IMG/VR virus record: IMGVR_UViG_3300031576_000008
Location: 32,001-96,000 of that record
Direction: 5' to 3' (one strand)
From: a virus
Length of the DNA: 64,000 nt
How positions within the stretch are numbered: position 1 is the first letter of the stretch; every line of letters begins with the position of its first letter. Of the stretch, positions 55,573 to 64,000 are shown piece after piece. Under the pieces are notes generated by a model, which did no database searches, was not told where the DNA came from, and saw only the letters and a list, made by a program, of their open reading frames with translations. The translations under genes and the position numbers were made by a program.

Positions 55573-57113
55573 CAGTTCCCTTTCTCCTTGAGGGAGCGCA
55601 GTCGTTCCGTGAACAGCTTGCGCGGGGGATAGTCGGCGGGCGCGATCTTGAGGAGCATCTCAATATCAGAGATGGCCCCCTTGACGTCGCCACGGATGGA
55701 CCGGATCTGGGCCCGGTTGCCATAGGCACCCAGCGCCTTCGGATTAAGCTCGATCATCCGATTGAAGTCGGGCAATGCCCCGTCATAGTTCTTCATCTGC
55801 ATGTAGGCCGTGGCTCGTGCGCCCAGCGCATCTGTCGAATTCGGGTCGATCTTGAGCGCGTCGCTGGCGTCCTCGATGGCGGCGATGTAATCGAGCTTGT
55901 AGACCTTCGCGACAGCCCGATTGGCGAGTGCGGTGACGTTGGTTGGATCGGACTTCATCGCTGCGCTGTAATGCTCGATGGCGCGATCGTAGTTGCCGTT
56001 CTGCATGCAGACCATCGCCTCGTAGATGGACTTCTGCGCGTCCTTCCGGCGGGACTCCTCGGCGGCGCGCTTCTTCTCGTCCTCCGCACGCTTGGTCTCC
56101 TCCGCGCGCTTTTCGCCCTCTCGCTTGGCCTTCTCATCGGATGCCAGCCGGTCACGCTCCACCTTCTCGTGGGCGGTCTTGAAGCCTTCCTCGGCCTTCT
56201 TCTTCTGCCAGATGATGATGCCTACGGCCGCAAGAGGAAGAAGTGCACCCAGCACCACGGCCGTGATCAGGTTCCTCCGGCGGAACATGAACTTCTTGGC
56301 GCGATAGATGACGCTTGGAGCGTGAGCGAGGATCGGCTCCCCCTTGAGCCAGCGGTCAAGATCGGCGGCAAGTCCGCCAGCCGTCTGATAACGCGCCCGC
56401 TTGTCCTTTTCGAGGCACTTCATCACGATTGTCTGAAGCTCGGAGTCCACATCCTCGATGGGCTGGGGGTCGTCTTCCTCGACCCTTTTCAGGGTTTCGT
56501 AGATCGTCTTGCCCTTGAATGGACTCTGGCCCGCCAGAAGCTCGTAGAGTGTCACACCGAGCGAATAGACATCCGTCCGCTCATCGACCTTCTCCCCACG
56601 GGCCTGCTCCGGCGACATGTAGGACGGCGTGCCTACGATCAGGCCGGAGGCGGAGAGATTGGATGCGCCCTTGGTAGAACGTGCGAGTCCGAAGTCCATG
56701 ACATAGACGCGGTGTTTCCGATTCTTCTCCTCGACCATGATGTTGGCGGGCTTGATGTCGCGATGGATGACGCCTTCCCTGTGCGCGAAGGCGATGGCCC
56801 GCGCCGCGTTCATCATGAGCCGGACGAGCAGCTTGACATCGCCTCCATGAATGATGTAACCGTTGATGTACTGCATCGCGATGTAGTGGCGTCCATGGTC
56901 CTCGCCGATTTCGTAGACTGACGCGATGTTGGGGTGATTGAGCTTGGCGGCCAGCTGCGCCTCGCGGTGGAAACGGGCCAGCTGCTCCTCGTCGAAACCC
57001 TTCATGAATTTGAGGGCGACCCGACGGTCGAGCTCCGTGTCATGAGCAAGCCAGACCTCGCCCATGCCGCCTTCGCCAAGCTTTTCCTCGAGCATGAACT
57101 TTCCGAGGTTCAT
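55572..57113 (-). CDS. Hanks-type Ser/Thr kinase with TM segment and TPR repeats
   Basis: LGEGGMGEVW, VALK, HRDIKPAN, DFGLA, GTPSYMSPEQ; TM; TPRs. Confidence 0.93.
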   Translation of the reverse strand: MNLGKFMLEEKLGEGGMGEVWLAHDTELDRRVALKFMKGFDEEQLARFHREAQLAAKLNHPNIASVYEIGEDHGRHYIAMQYINGYIIHGGDVKLLVRLMMNAARAIAFAHREGVIHRDIKPANIMVEEKNRKHRVYVMDFGLARSTKGASNLSASGLIVGTPSYMSPEQARGEKVDERTDVYSLGVTLYELLAGQSPFKGKTIYETLKRVEEDDPQPIEDVDSELQTIVMKCLEKDKRARYQTAGGLAADLDRWLKGEPILAHAPSVIYRAKKFMFRRRNLITAVVLGALLPLAAVGIIIWQKKKAEEGFKTAHEKVERDRLASDEKAKREGEKRAEETKRAEDEKKRAAEESRRKDAQKSIYEAMVCMQNGNYDRAIEHYSAAMKSDPTNVTALANRAVAKVYKLDYIAAIEDASDALKIDPNSTDALGARATAYMQMKNYDGALPDFNRMIELNPKALGAYGNRAQIRSIRGDVKGAISDIEMLLKIAPADYPPRKLFTERLRSLKEKGN

Positions 57114-57183
57114 TGGTTACTCCTGTCTTGCTCAAGATTGGCAGCGCGGAGACCTCCTCCGCATTCATCTGCCTCCAGATTGT

Positions 57184-57681
57184 CTAGCTATCTTCTCCAC
57201 GCATGACGCCCGGCAGCTCTTCGCCACTTCGTGCGAGCCGGATGAGTTCGTCCTCCTTTTCCTGCGTCCAGCGGCTCCGTTCGCGCAGATAAAGAATCTT
57301 TTCTGCGGCCGCCACGCTGATGCCGAACTCGAATGCGGTTTCCTGCACATGCGGATTTTCAGTCTGCAGCATGTTGCGAATCGCATCCGAGCACGTGAGG
57401 TCACCTTGGGCACGGGCCGATGCCCAATCAATAGCGACCTGCTCGTCTGGTATGGGGAAGAGATGTCCTTCCTTTTCGAGCTCGGCCCGGTTGGCGAGGA
57501 CAAATCCATCCTTGGTGTCGATGATGACTTGCGTGATCGATTTTGGCAGCCGTACGCCAAATTGCGTGCTGATGACACCAATGACGTCGTTCTGCAGCAG
57601 CTTCTCTGCTTCTTGCCGCGTGATTCTATGACCTTTCATGCCAGATCTCCAATTGTTCAATAATCTTTCCCTTTTACTCAC
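57184..57681 (-). CDS. hypothetical protein
   Basis: ORF in the minus-strand run. Confidence 0.55.
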   Translation of the reverse strand: MSKRERLLNNWRSGMKGHRITRQEAEKLLQNDVIGVISTQFGVRLPKSITQVIIDTKDGFVLANRAELEKEGHLFPIPDEQVAIDWASARAQGDLTCSDAIRNMLQTENPHVQETAFEFGISVAAAEKILYLRERSRWTQEKEDELIRLARSGEELPGVMRGEDS

Positions 57682-58019
57682 TCAGGAAGTTCTCGATCAG
57701 CAGGGCGATCGGATCCGCCTGCTCCCCGGAGCGTCTCGCTGCGCTCCTCATTGTCGGCGATCCGCGCGAGGACGCGGTGCGCCTCGGCGAGGACTTTCCG
57801 CTCGGCAGGCGAGAGCTTCTCGATGCAGGGCTCACAGGTCCCGTAGACGCCGTCCTTGCCGCACGCCTCACACTGGTTCGCCTTCCGCGTGCAGTCGATG
57901 CAGAGATTGAGGGTCCGCCCACTGGTCCGCTCGAACGTCGCCGCGAGCGGCTTCGCGTCGATGAGCGCGTGTTCGCACCACTCGTCCGCGACCGGCTGGA
58001 CCTCTTCGAGTCGCTTCAT
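57678..58019 (-). CDS. Cys-rich hypothetical protein
   Basis: Four CxxC motifs; GGAGG RBS. Confidence 0.55.
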   Translation of the reverse strand: MKRLEEVQPVADEWCEHALIDAKPLAATFERTSGRTLNLCIDCTRKANQCEACGKDGVYGTCEPCIEKLSPAERKVLAEAHRVLARIADNEERSETLRGAGGSDRPADRELPE

Positions 58020-58197
58020 CGGAATGGCCCTCCAACAAGTATCCAAAGAATAAAGGGTCGGAAGAAGCAATGCAGAACGCCTGCATTGATTGTCTTCTCC
58101 CAGCCCAGAAGGAGTTTCTCTTGGATGCTCGACGCACGAGCACCCAAGAGAGGGCACGACCCCGAGAGGAGCCGTGCCCCATGCGAGAGAGAGGGAA

Positions 58198-58626
58198 CTA
58201 GCGCTTGAAGCACTTGCACCGGGCGAGCTCGCCGGAAAGCGGCTGGAGCTTCTCATCGAAGAGGAGCCAGCCGTTCTCGCCGACGAGGACGATCTTCGCC
58301 TTGGTCCGATCGCCGTCCTTGAGCTCGGTGCACTTCTCATCGGAGTGCAGCGCGCCCTTCTGGACGATGCCGTCCATCGTCCGGAACTCGACCTTGGAGG
58401 TCGAGACCGGCTTGGGGACGACTTCCACGGTCGTCTTGCCGTCGGGCGTCGTGGAGATCTTGATCACGTCGCCGGCTGGTTCCGGCTTGGGCGGGCAGCA
58501 GGAGTCCGTTTTGCGCAGCTGCACGATGGGTCTGATGACGCCCGTCATGTAGAGCGCGAGGGACACGAGGGAGATGAACAGGACGAAGGACTTGAGGTTG
58601 GAGCCCGGAGTGAGTTTGTCGCTCAT
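58198..58626 (-). CDS. membrane-anchored protein
   Basis: N-terminal TM segment. Confidence 0.55.
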   Translation of the reverse strand: MSDKLTPGSNLKSFVLFISLVSLALYMTGVIRPIVQLRKTDSCCPPKPEPAGDVIKISTTPDGKTTVEVVPKPVSTSKVEFRTMDGIVQKGALHSDEKCTELKDGDRTKAKIVLVGENGWLLFDEKLQPLSGELARCKCFKR

Positions 58627-58692
58627 GGTTTCGATTCCAAGTGGGTTTGAAAAACCGGGAGGGCTGGCACAGCGCCAGCCCTCCCAAGGAGA

Positions 58693-59535
58693 CTACGCCT
58701 TGATGCCGAAGGTGAGCGCCCAGCGCAAGACGTTGACGAAGGCGCTCTGGCTGCTCTCACCCGCGATGATGACGACGAGGAAGATGGCGAAGTACGCGAC
58801 CGGGATGGACCACCCGTACTTCTCGATCCACGCCTTGGCCCGGGGCCACGCCTTCGTCCGGGGCCACCACCGCGTCGGGGGATGGATGGGCTCATAGCGC
58901 CGGAACAGGGACTGCAGGATCTTCTTCCAGAAGGAGATCGGAACCGGCTTCTGGGATTCCTGCGCCGGCTCCTGCGCCATCGGCTCCTCCTTGGCCGGAG
59001 GCTTGCCTGTGATCTCGAGCTTGATGATGTTGGGATTCTCCTCCGGACTGACCATGGCCGGAGCGTCATCCCTCATACGCTCGGCGTTCTCGAGTTCGGC
59101 CTTGCGCTCCTCGAGCTCGACGCCGAGCTGCTTGCCCAGTGCGCTCGATGCCGCGAGATCTGGCTTGACGCTACGAAGCCGCTCGATCTCGTTCTTGGCG
59201 ACCTCGAGAAGACCCTTCGTCTCCTCGAGCTGTCCCTTGAGACGCTCGACTTCAATGAGCGTCTGGCGGTGCTTGGCGATCTCGCCCGAGATGGAGAAGT
59301 CGGCGACCATCATGTCCGACTTCTGGAAGGCCTGCGGGATGGCCTTTAGCGCCTCGAAGAACGAGAGCTTCTGCGACGTCCGTGCGCTCGGGACGAGAGT
59401 CCAGAATCCCGGCCCCACCAGCCACGCGAGCAGCCGGTGCTTCCAGCCCAATTCCTTGGGCAGCGGAAAGTGCACCATGTTCCAGACGAACCACGTGATG
59501 ACGATCGCGATGAGGATGCCAAGGGTCCAAAGCAT
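58693..59535 (-). CDS. membrane protein with coiled coil
   Basis: N- and C-terminal TM segments; AAGGAGG RBS. Confidence 0.6.
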   Translation of the reverse strand: MLWTLGILIAIVITWFVWNMVHFPLPKELGWKHRLLAWLVGPGFWTLVPSARTSQKLSFFEALKAIPQAFQKSDMMVADFSISGEIAKHRQTLIEVERLKGQLEETKGLLEVAKNEIERLRSVKPDLAASSALGKQLGVELEERKAELENAERMRDDAPAMVSPEENPNIIKLEITGKPPAKEEPMAQEPAQESQKPVPISFWKKILQSLFRRYEPIHPPTRWWPRTKAWPRAKAWIEKYGWSIPVAYFAIFLVVIIAGESSQSAFVNVLRWALTFGIKA

Positions 59536-59605
59536 AGGACCCCTCCTTGAAAGAAAAGATGGTCTCTTGGCCTGATGCGGAACGCCCGCATCTAAAAGGC
59601 CCGTG

Positions 59606-59794
59606 CTACTTCTTCTCGTACTTCTCGATGGCTTCGATGAGTTCCTTGCTGAAGCGCTGGTCGCGCGCCTCATTCATGAGCTCTTTGCGCGTCTCCGGCG
59701 GAAGCTGGTGAAGCTGCTTCATGATGGCGTCCACGTTGAGCTGCTTCCACGCGTTGAGCATCTTGATGACGCTATTGATTGATGACCCGTCCAT
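59606..59794 (-). CDS. small hypothetical protein
   Basis: GAGG RBS. Confidence 0.5.
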   Translation of the reverse strand: MDGSSINSVIKMLNAWKQLNVDAIMKQLHQLPPETRKELMNEARDQRFSKELIEAIEKYEKK

Positions 59795-59878
59795 TCAGTC
59801 CTCTTCTCGTCAAATGAACAAGGGCAGGGCGAAGCGCGGAGTCTCCTCCGGCAACCTCTTCGCCCTGCCCCGTTTGTG

Positions 59879-60823
59879 CTAGATGGTGGGGGTCATCGGC
59901 ATGATGAGGGGCTCGCCGCACCTCCCGATGGCCTTGCTGATCGCCTCGGCCAGCCATGCGGCTGGGACGCGCGACGGGGTCAAAGCCGGGGCCTTGTAGG
60001 TGCCGCGCGCCGCGAGGAACCCGGCGGCGTGGAAGAACCAGCTCTGGATCTCGTCCGATGCGCACTCCTCGATGATCGGGCGGACGATCGTGCCGAGGTT
60101 GAACGTCTCCTCGGAGTTGCGCACGGCCCCGAGATTGAAGCCGTCGATGAAGACGACGACCTTGGCCCCCGCCTCGAAGAGGAGCCCGTTCGTCATCTTC
60201 GACTTGGCGTTCTCGATGAGGGCGACCTGCTGATACCACCTCGCCTTGATCGCCTCGGCCTGCGCCCCCTCGCGCTCGAGCGCGGCCTCGTAGATGGCAT
60301 CGAGGATTTTCGCCATCTCGACGAAGACCTTGATGTCCTCGCCGTAGATACGCTCGTAGATGGTCCTCAGGCTGGCGAGGTTGCACAGCCAGAGAGATGC
60401 GGGCACATCCTTACGACCGACGGGCGTGCCGTCGTCTCGGAGCCAGCCCTGCTCCGAGATGATGCCGAAGATCCCGTCGCCAGTCGAGTCCTGCTCCTCG
60501 ACGAACTCCGTGAGCGGGAAAAGCGCCTTTGAGAGGCCCGGATCGGCCACCTTCTCGATGACGCTGGCGAACGCGCTCATGACGCGGACGGACCCGTCGA
60601 TCATCGTGCGCTTGTGGCCCTTCAGGCCCTTGCCGCCCGCCTCGATGTCAAGGGCGACGTCGCCCGGGCCGATCTCGGCCCCGTTCCAGTTCGCGGGGAC
60701 GAACTTGACCGACGAGAGCATGTCCTCGATGCCCCGGCCGAGGACGAACCGGATCCACGCCCACACGGACGCGATCGCGTCGAGGTCGGGCTTGATGTGC
60801 GTGTAGATCGTCATGATCCACAT
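59879..60823 (-). CDS. DHH/MYG1-like phosphoesterase (putative)
   Basis: THIKPDLDAIAS and C-terminal FFHAAGFLA. Confidence 0.55.
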   Translation of the reverse strand: MWIMTIYTHIKPDLDAIASVWAWIRFVLGRGIEDMLSSVKFVPANWNGAEIGPGDVALDIEAGGKGLKGHKRTMIDGSVRVMSAFASVIEKVADPGLSKALFPLTEFVEEQDSTGDGIFGIISEQGWLRDDGTPVGRKDVPASLWLCNLASLRTIYERIYGEDIKVFVEMAKILDAIYEAALEREGAQAEAIKARWYQQVALIENAKSKMTNGLLFEAGAKVVVFIDGFNLGAVRNSEETFNLGTIVRPIIEECASDEIQSWFFHAAGFLAARGTYKAPALTPSRVPAAWLAEAISKAIGRCGEPLIMPMTPTI

Positions 60824-60890
60824 GCCTTTCTGGGTCTGTGACCCATGGGTTGCGAAGAGCAGTCGCGGAGAACGCCTCCGCGAGAATCTG

Positions 60891-61136
60891 CTAGCCGACG
60901 ATCGGCTTCGTGACGCAGGCGACCTGCGTCTTCCTGTTGATGCGCTTGATCATGTACTCCTGCCCGTTGAGCGTGACGAAGTCCCCGCCGTCGAGCTTGG
61001 CCGACAGCTGGATCTCTTCACCCGCGATCCCCTGCCGGCGCGCCCACAGATAGGCCTCCTTCAGGTCCTCCGCCGCGAGCGCGAACGCCTTCGTCCGGAT
61101 CTGGAACTGCCGCTTCCCGACGCTCACCGTGGTCAT
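60891..61136 (-). CDS. hypothetical protein
   Basis: GGAGG RBS. Confidence 0.5.
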   Translation of the reverse strand: MTTVSVGKRQFQIRTKAFALAAEDLKEAYLWARRQGIAGEEIQLSAKLDGGDFVTLNGQEYMIKRINRKTQVACVTKPIVG

Positions 61137-61194
61137 GCTCTCCTCCATTGCCTTATGGTTCTGGCAGTGTCGAGAACGCCTCGACAAGTGCTGC

Positions 61195-61512
61195 CTAGTT
61201 CTCCGCCGTGATGACGTCCTCGAACTGGTTGGCTTCGCGCTGATTCTTGAGCAGGCCCAGCTTGAGCAACTGGTCGCACCAGTTCTGGACTTCGTGCTCC
61301 GCGTCCGCCATGCACGGCACAAGCTCGTGCGCGGCCTTGATGCTCGCGACAACGCCTTCTTCGCCACACGCGCTCTCGGGCATCCTCTCGATGCGCCGGA
61401 CCATCCGAGGCATCAAGCACCACTTGCACTTGAAGATGGGCGAACCATCTCCTTCCGGGTTCGTCACGGTGGCCCCGGAAGCGCAGTCCTTCTGGCAGAC
61501 ATCGCAGATCAT
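61195..61512 (-). CDS. hypothetical protein
   Basis: CDVC and CKWC; AGGAGG RBS. Confidence 0.55.
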   Translation of the reverse strand: MICDVCQKDCASGATVTNPEGDGSPIFKCKWCLMPRMVRRIERMPESACGEEGVVASIKAAHELVPCMADAEHEVQNWCDQLLKLGLLKNQREANQFEDVITAEN

Positions 61513-61606
61513 GTTTCCTCCTATCCGAGTTCGGGCGAATGCCCATGAGTCCCTCCAAGTGGAGGAGCTTATGGGCAGGCCTCCCATTGCTGGGAGGCCA
61601 TGCCAC

Positions 61607-62113
61607 TTACTGGGGAGTCTTGTGCTCCGCCTCTTCCTTGGCCTTGCGTTCGTCGCGCTTCTTGCGGATCTCGACGATCTCGGCCTTGGCCTTCTCGATC
61701 GCGGCCTTCCGCTCGGCCGGGCTGTCGAACTCGTAGTAGTCGTAGCAGAGATCGACCTCCGTCTCGGCGCGGTCGATGTCCCGGCACATGGAGCAGACCA
61801 TGTATTCCTCGTGGGTCTCATGGTCGGTGAGGCCGCTGACATCGGTGCCCCGGTGATGGCACCAGTCGCAGGTCCACTCTTCCTTCTCGGCCTCGCGGTT
61901 GCAGTCGAGGCAGAGTAGGTGAACCTCGCCGGGGCCGAAGCAGTCGCGCTCATTGTGCGCGACGACCTTCTGCTCGATGCGCTCGTTAAGAAGCCAGTTC
62001 CCCTTCTCGTCCATGACATGGGAGCAGCCGGTCGTGCCCTCATAGTGCTCGTTGTCGAAGCGCTCGATCGCCGCCTTGAGGTGGTATTCGCCGAGATTGT
62101 GAATGCCGCTCAT
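61607..62113 (-). CDS. Cys-rich hypothetical protein
   Basis: Multiple CxxC motifs. Confidence 0.55.
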   Translation of the reverse strand: MSGIHNLGEYHLKAAIERFDNEHYEGTTGCSHVMDEKGNWLLNERIEQKVVAHNERDCFGPGEVHLLCLDCNREAEKEEWTCDWCHHRGTDVSGLTDHETHEEYMVCSMCRDIDRAETEVDLCYDYYEFDSPAERKAAIEKAKAEIVEIRKKRDERKAKEEAEHKTPQ

Positions 62114-62236
62114 GTGATTGCCGCCTTGTCTAAAGACATGAACTGGCAGCGCGCAGAACACCTACGCATCATCTGCCCATTGGATCCTCCAAGCGGAGGA
62201 CCCAATGGGCATGGCTCCCGAAGGAGCCAATGCCAT

Positions 62237-62413
62237 CTAGCAGGAGATCTCGAACCGCCCGAGGATCTCCCGTGCGGTTGCTGAAGGGTCATCCGTAATG
62301 ATGACTTCGACCGGCTCGTCGAGTTCGCGGAGCGTCTCGACGTTCGCCTCGGCCTCGGACTCCCTACGGATCACGAGATGACTCTCTCCATTGGGAGCGG
62401 CGACCATCTCCAT
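62237..62413 (-). CDS. small hypothetical protein
   Basis: Between repeat copies. Confidence 0.4.
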   Translation of the reverse strand: MEMVAAPNGESHLVIRRESEAEANVETLRELDEPVEVIITDDPSATAREILGRFEISC

Positions 62414-62481
62414 CTGCCCATTCGCCTCTCCAAGTGGAGGGGCGAATGGGCAGGCCTCCCATCGCTGGAAGGCCAACCCGT

Positions 62482-62940
62482 TCACGCGCGCTTACGAGCC
62501 CGCTGCGCGAGCTCGTACTCGAGTCTCGCGTTCAGTCCCACCCACATCTCTGTGGGTTTGGCGGGCAGCCGGAGCATCGCCTCGCGCCGGTACTCGCCAA
62601 GCGCGAAGAGCGTCTGCCGCAGTAACCCCGCCTCCACCCCGCGCAGGAAGTGGATCTTGTAGTCACGCTCGATCGAACGGACCACGTCCTCGGCGATGCC
62701 GAGGACTTCACGCCGATTGCTCGGCGTGTCGTACTGGTACCGCTCATTGCGGTTCAGACGCGCGCCAATGGCGTCGAACGCCTTGGGCCGCTTCTCCAGC
62801 AGACAGTACGAGTTGGAACTGAGGTGGAGACCCACCCCAGTCGGCCTATTGATGGCCGCGTTGTCGATCACCTCGACTTCGAGATAGACGCCGGCTGCCG
62901 TTACGGCGACGGCGTGGAACAGATGATGTTCTGTAAGCAT
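62482..62940 (-). CDS. hypothetical protein
   Basis: 152 aa ORF. Confidence 0.5.
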   Translation of the reverse strand: MLTEHHLFHAVAVTAAGVYLEVEVIDNAAINRPTGVGLHLSSNSYCLLEKRPKAFDAIGARLNRNERYQYDTPSNRREVLGIAEDVVRSIERDYKIHFLRGVEAGLLRQTLFALGEYRREAMLRLPAKPTEMWVGLNARLEYELAQRARKRA

Positions 62941-62993
62941 AACGAAGTCTTTCTGCTGTGGACATTAGGGCAGGCAGGAGAACTCCTCCTGCT

Positions 62994-63206
62994 TCATCTG
63001 CCCAGCTTGTCCAGAATGCCCTCCATCCGGCGGAGCCGGTTGAGGGCCATGGGGATGTTGGGATCAGGCCGGTCATCGAGGGAGAGGATCGCTTCTCTGA
63101 TCTCGTGGCCGAACTTCTCCCTGATCTCGCCTGCGATCTTTGCGACCGCGTCCTTGACCTTCGCCTTGAGCCAGCCATCGACTGCAAGGCGCTCGTCATC
63201 GGTCAT
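62994..63206 (-). CDS. small hypothetical protein
   Basis: AAGGA RBS. Confidence 0.5.
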   Translation of the reverse strand: MTDDERLAVDGWLKAKVKDAVAKIAGEIREKFGHEIREAILSLDDRPDPNIPMALNRLRRMEGILDKLGR

Positions 63207-63241
63207 AGCATTTCCTTTCTGCCAGAGACCGTCTGGCGCGG

Positions 63242-64000
63242 TTTTCCAAAGGACCTCGAACCGGCCTCTTGTGGCTAGCAAGAGACCGGGAAACGAGGTT
63301 CTTGGGAAGGGTCTCGTTTGCTCCTCTCCACAACTTCCGCCCCGTTCCGAACTTCGATCCTTGGGAGTGCCATGGATCGGCTTACCTGATCCCGCATTGC
63401 GCGTTCAGCAGGTGCCGGAGGGCGTTCGTTCTTTGTCCCGATGCTTACTGACCTAGGGGTCTGGGATTCGTCATCGGAGAACCAGAGGTGCCCACGGACT
63501 TGTGGCTGCCCGCATACACCTGAATGCCAGCGCGATATCGCTAGGCTTGTGGCCCGCGTCTATATCTTCTACGGGATTGCTTGGAGACTTCCCTGTGATC
63601 TTTCATCCGACCTCCACCGTGGCCATGGAACCGTGACCGTTAGGGATTCGTCATCCCCCTCATGATCTACCACCTCTTCAACCTACTAAGGCTTACCCTG
63701 CCCGTTCGATCCAGTTCGACGTTTGCAGGAGCATTCGCTCCCGCGCCCGTCTGATGACCCTCACCCAAGAACCTCTTGCTTCCGCGACTACCCAAGCCGG
63801 AAGCGCCTTGTCCTTGGACTAGGTACCGTTTGAAGAGGCGACGTCTGCCTCACCCCACCCGTGTCCATGTGTGGGGGATATTGGCTTCGACCATGCAGTC
63901 ACTCGGCTTCGATCGAACGCCCAACCACCACCGAGCTACCCGTCGCCGGGTCTTAGAAGGGGCATAGGCTTGCGGCCCGAGCCAGTTCCTTCATCAACCC
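63242..64000. ncRNA. possible large structured non-coding RNA (extends past window end)
   Basis: More than 750 nt without a convincing ORF; long-range pairing 63295-63313 with 63756-63775; internal repeats. Confidence 0.35.

Larger units (their letters stand above)
61540..62474 (-). repeat. three-copy structured intergenic repeat (61540-61599, 62174-62229, 62415-62474)
   Basis: TGCCCAT-N6-CTCC-AAGY-GGAG-N6-ATGGGCA abutting a GGC(C)TCCC hairpin; covarying stems. Confidence 0.75.

Noticed and set aside
63550-63775. Group I intron S-like AAGAUAUAGAC and hammerhead-like CUGAUGA
   Set aside because: No matching R/P7 partner or correctly placed GAAA.
1-64000. Genome-wide TGA reassignment
   Set aside because: Many clear genes (dnaE, thyX, kinase) end in TGA, often with ATGA/TGATG coupling.
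1-64000. CRISPR array or tRNA genes
   Set aside because: No regularly spaced identical repeats; GTTCGA-like hits (6681, 63258, 63705) lack a cloverleaf.

Overview
GC-rich segment of a large phage-like genome: many small minus-strand early-type ORFs flank a replication/recombination module (primase-helicase, intein-containing SF2 helicase, DnaE-UDG fusion, ThyX, SSB, RecA, exonuclease, RuvC). No virion genes, tRNAs or CRISPR arrays are visible. The main find is a retron-like reverse transcriptase (42792-43787, -) followed immediately by a tandem array of four retron-like msr-msd ncRNA units (41785-42793). Two more units of the same design are dispersed elsewhere (6482-6918 and 46596-46733). 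All six share an a1/a2 helix with an unpaired G (mostly a1|GCAC...AG|a2) and a GGYG-triloop-CGYY-type hairpin, but carry unrelated msd segments of about 45-310 nt. In the three longest units (U5, D2, D3), wobble pairs favour the transcript in msr and the complementary (cDNA) strand in msd. The array leads into a ubiquitin-like conjugation operon (2x E2-like, JAB, ThiF/E1, Ubl, RadC). Also notable: a candidate selenocysteine thioredoxin (WUGGC plus SECIS-like hairpin), a second ORF with an in-frame UGA, a TasA/IS110-like protein lacking RuvC, and several families of repeated intergenic hairpins. All family assignments come from motif recognition by eye, not database searches.
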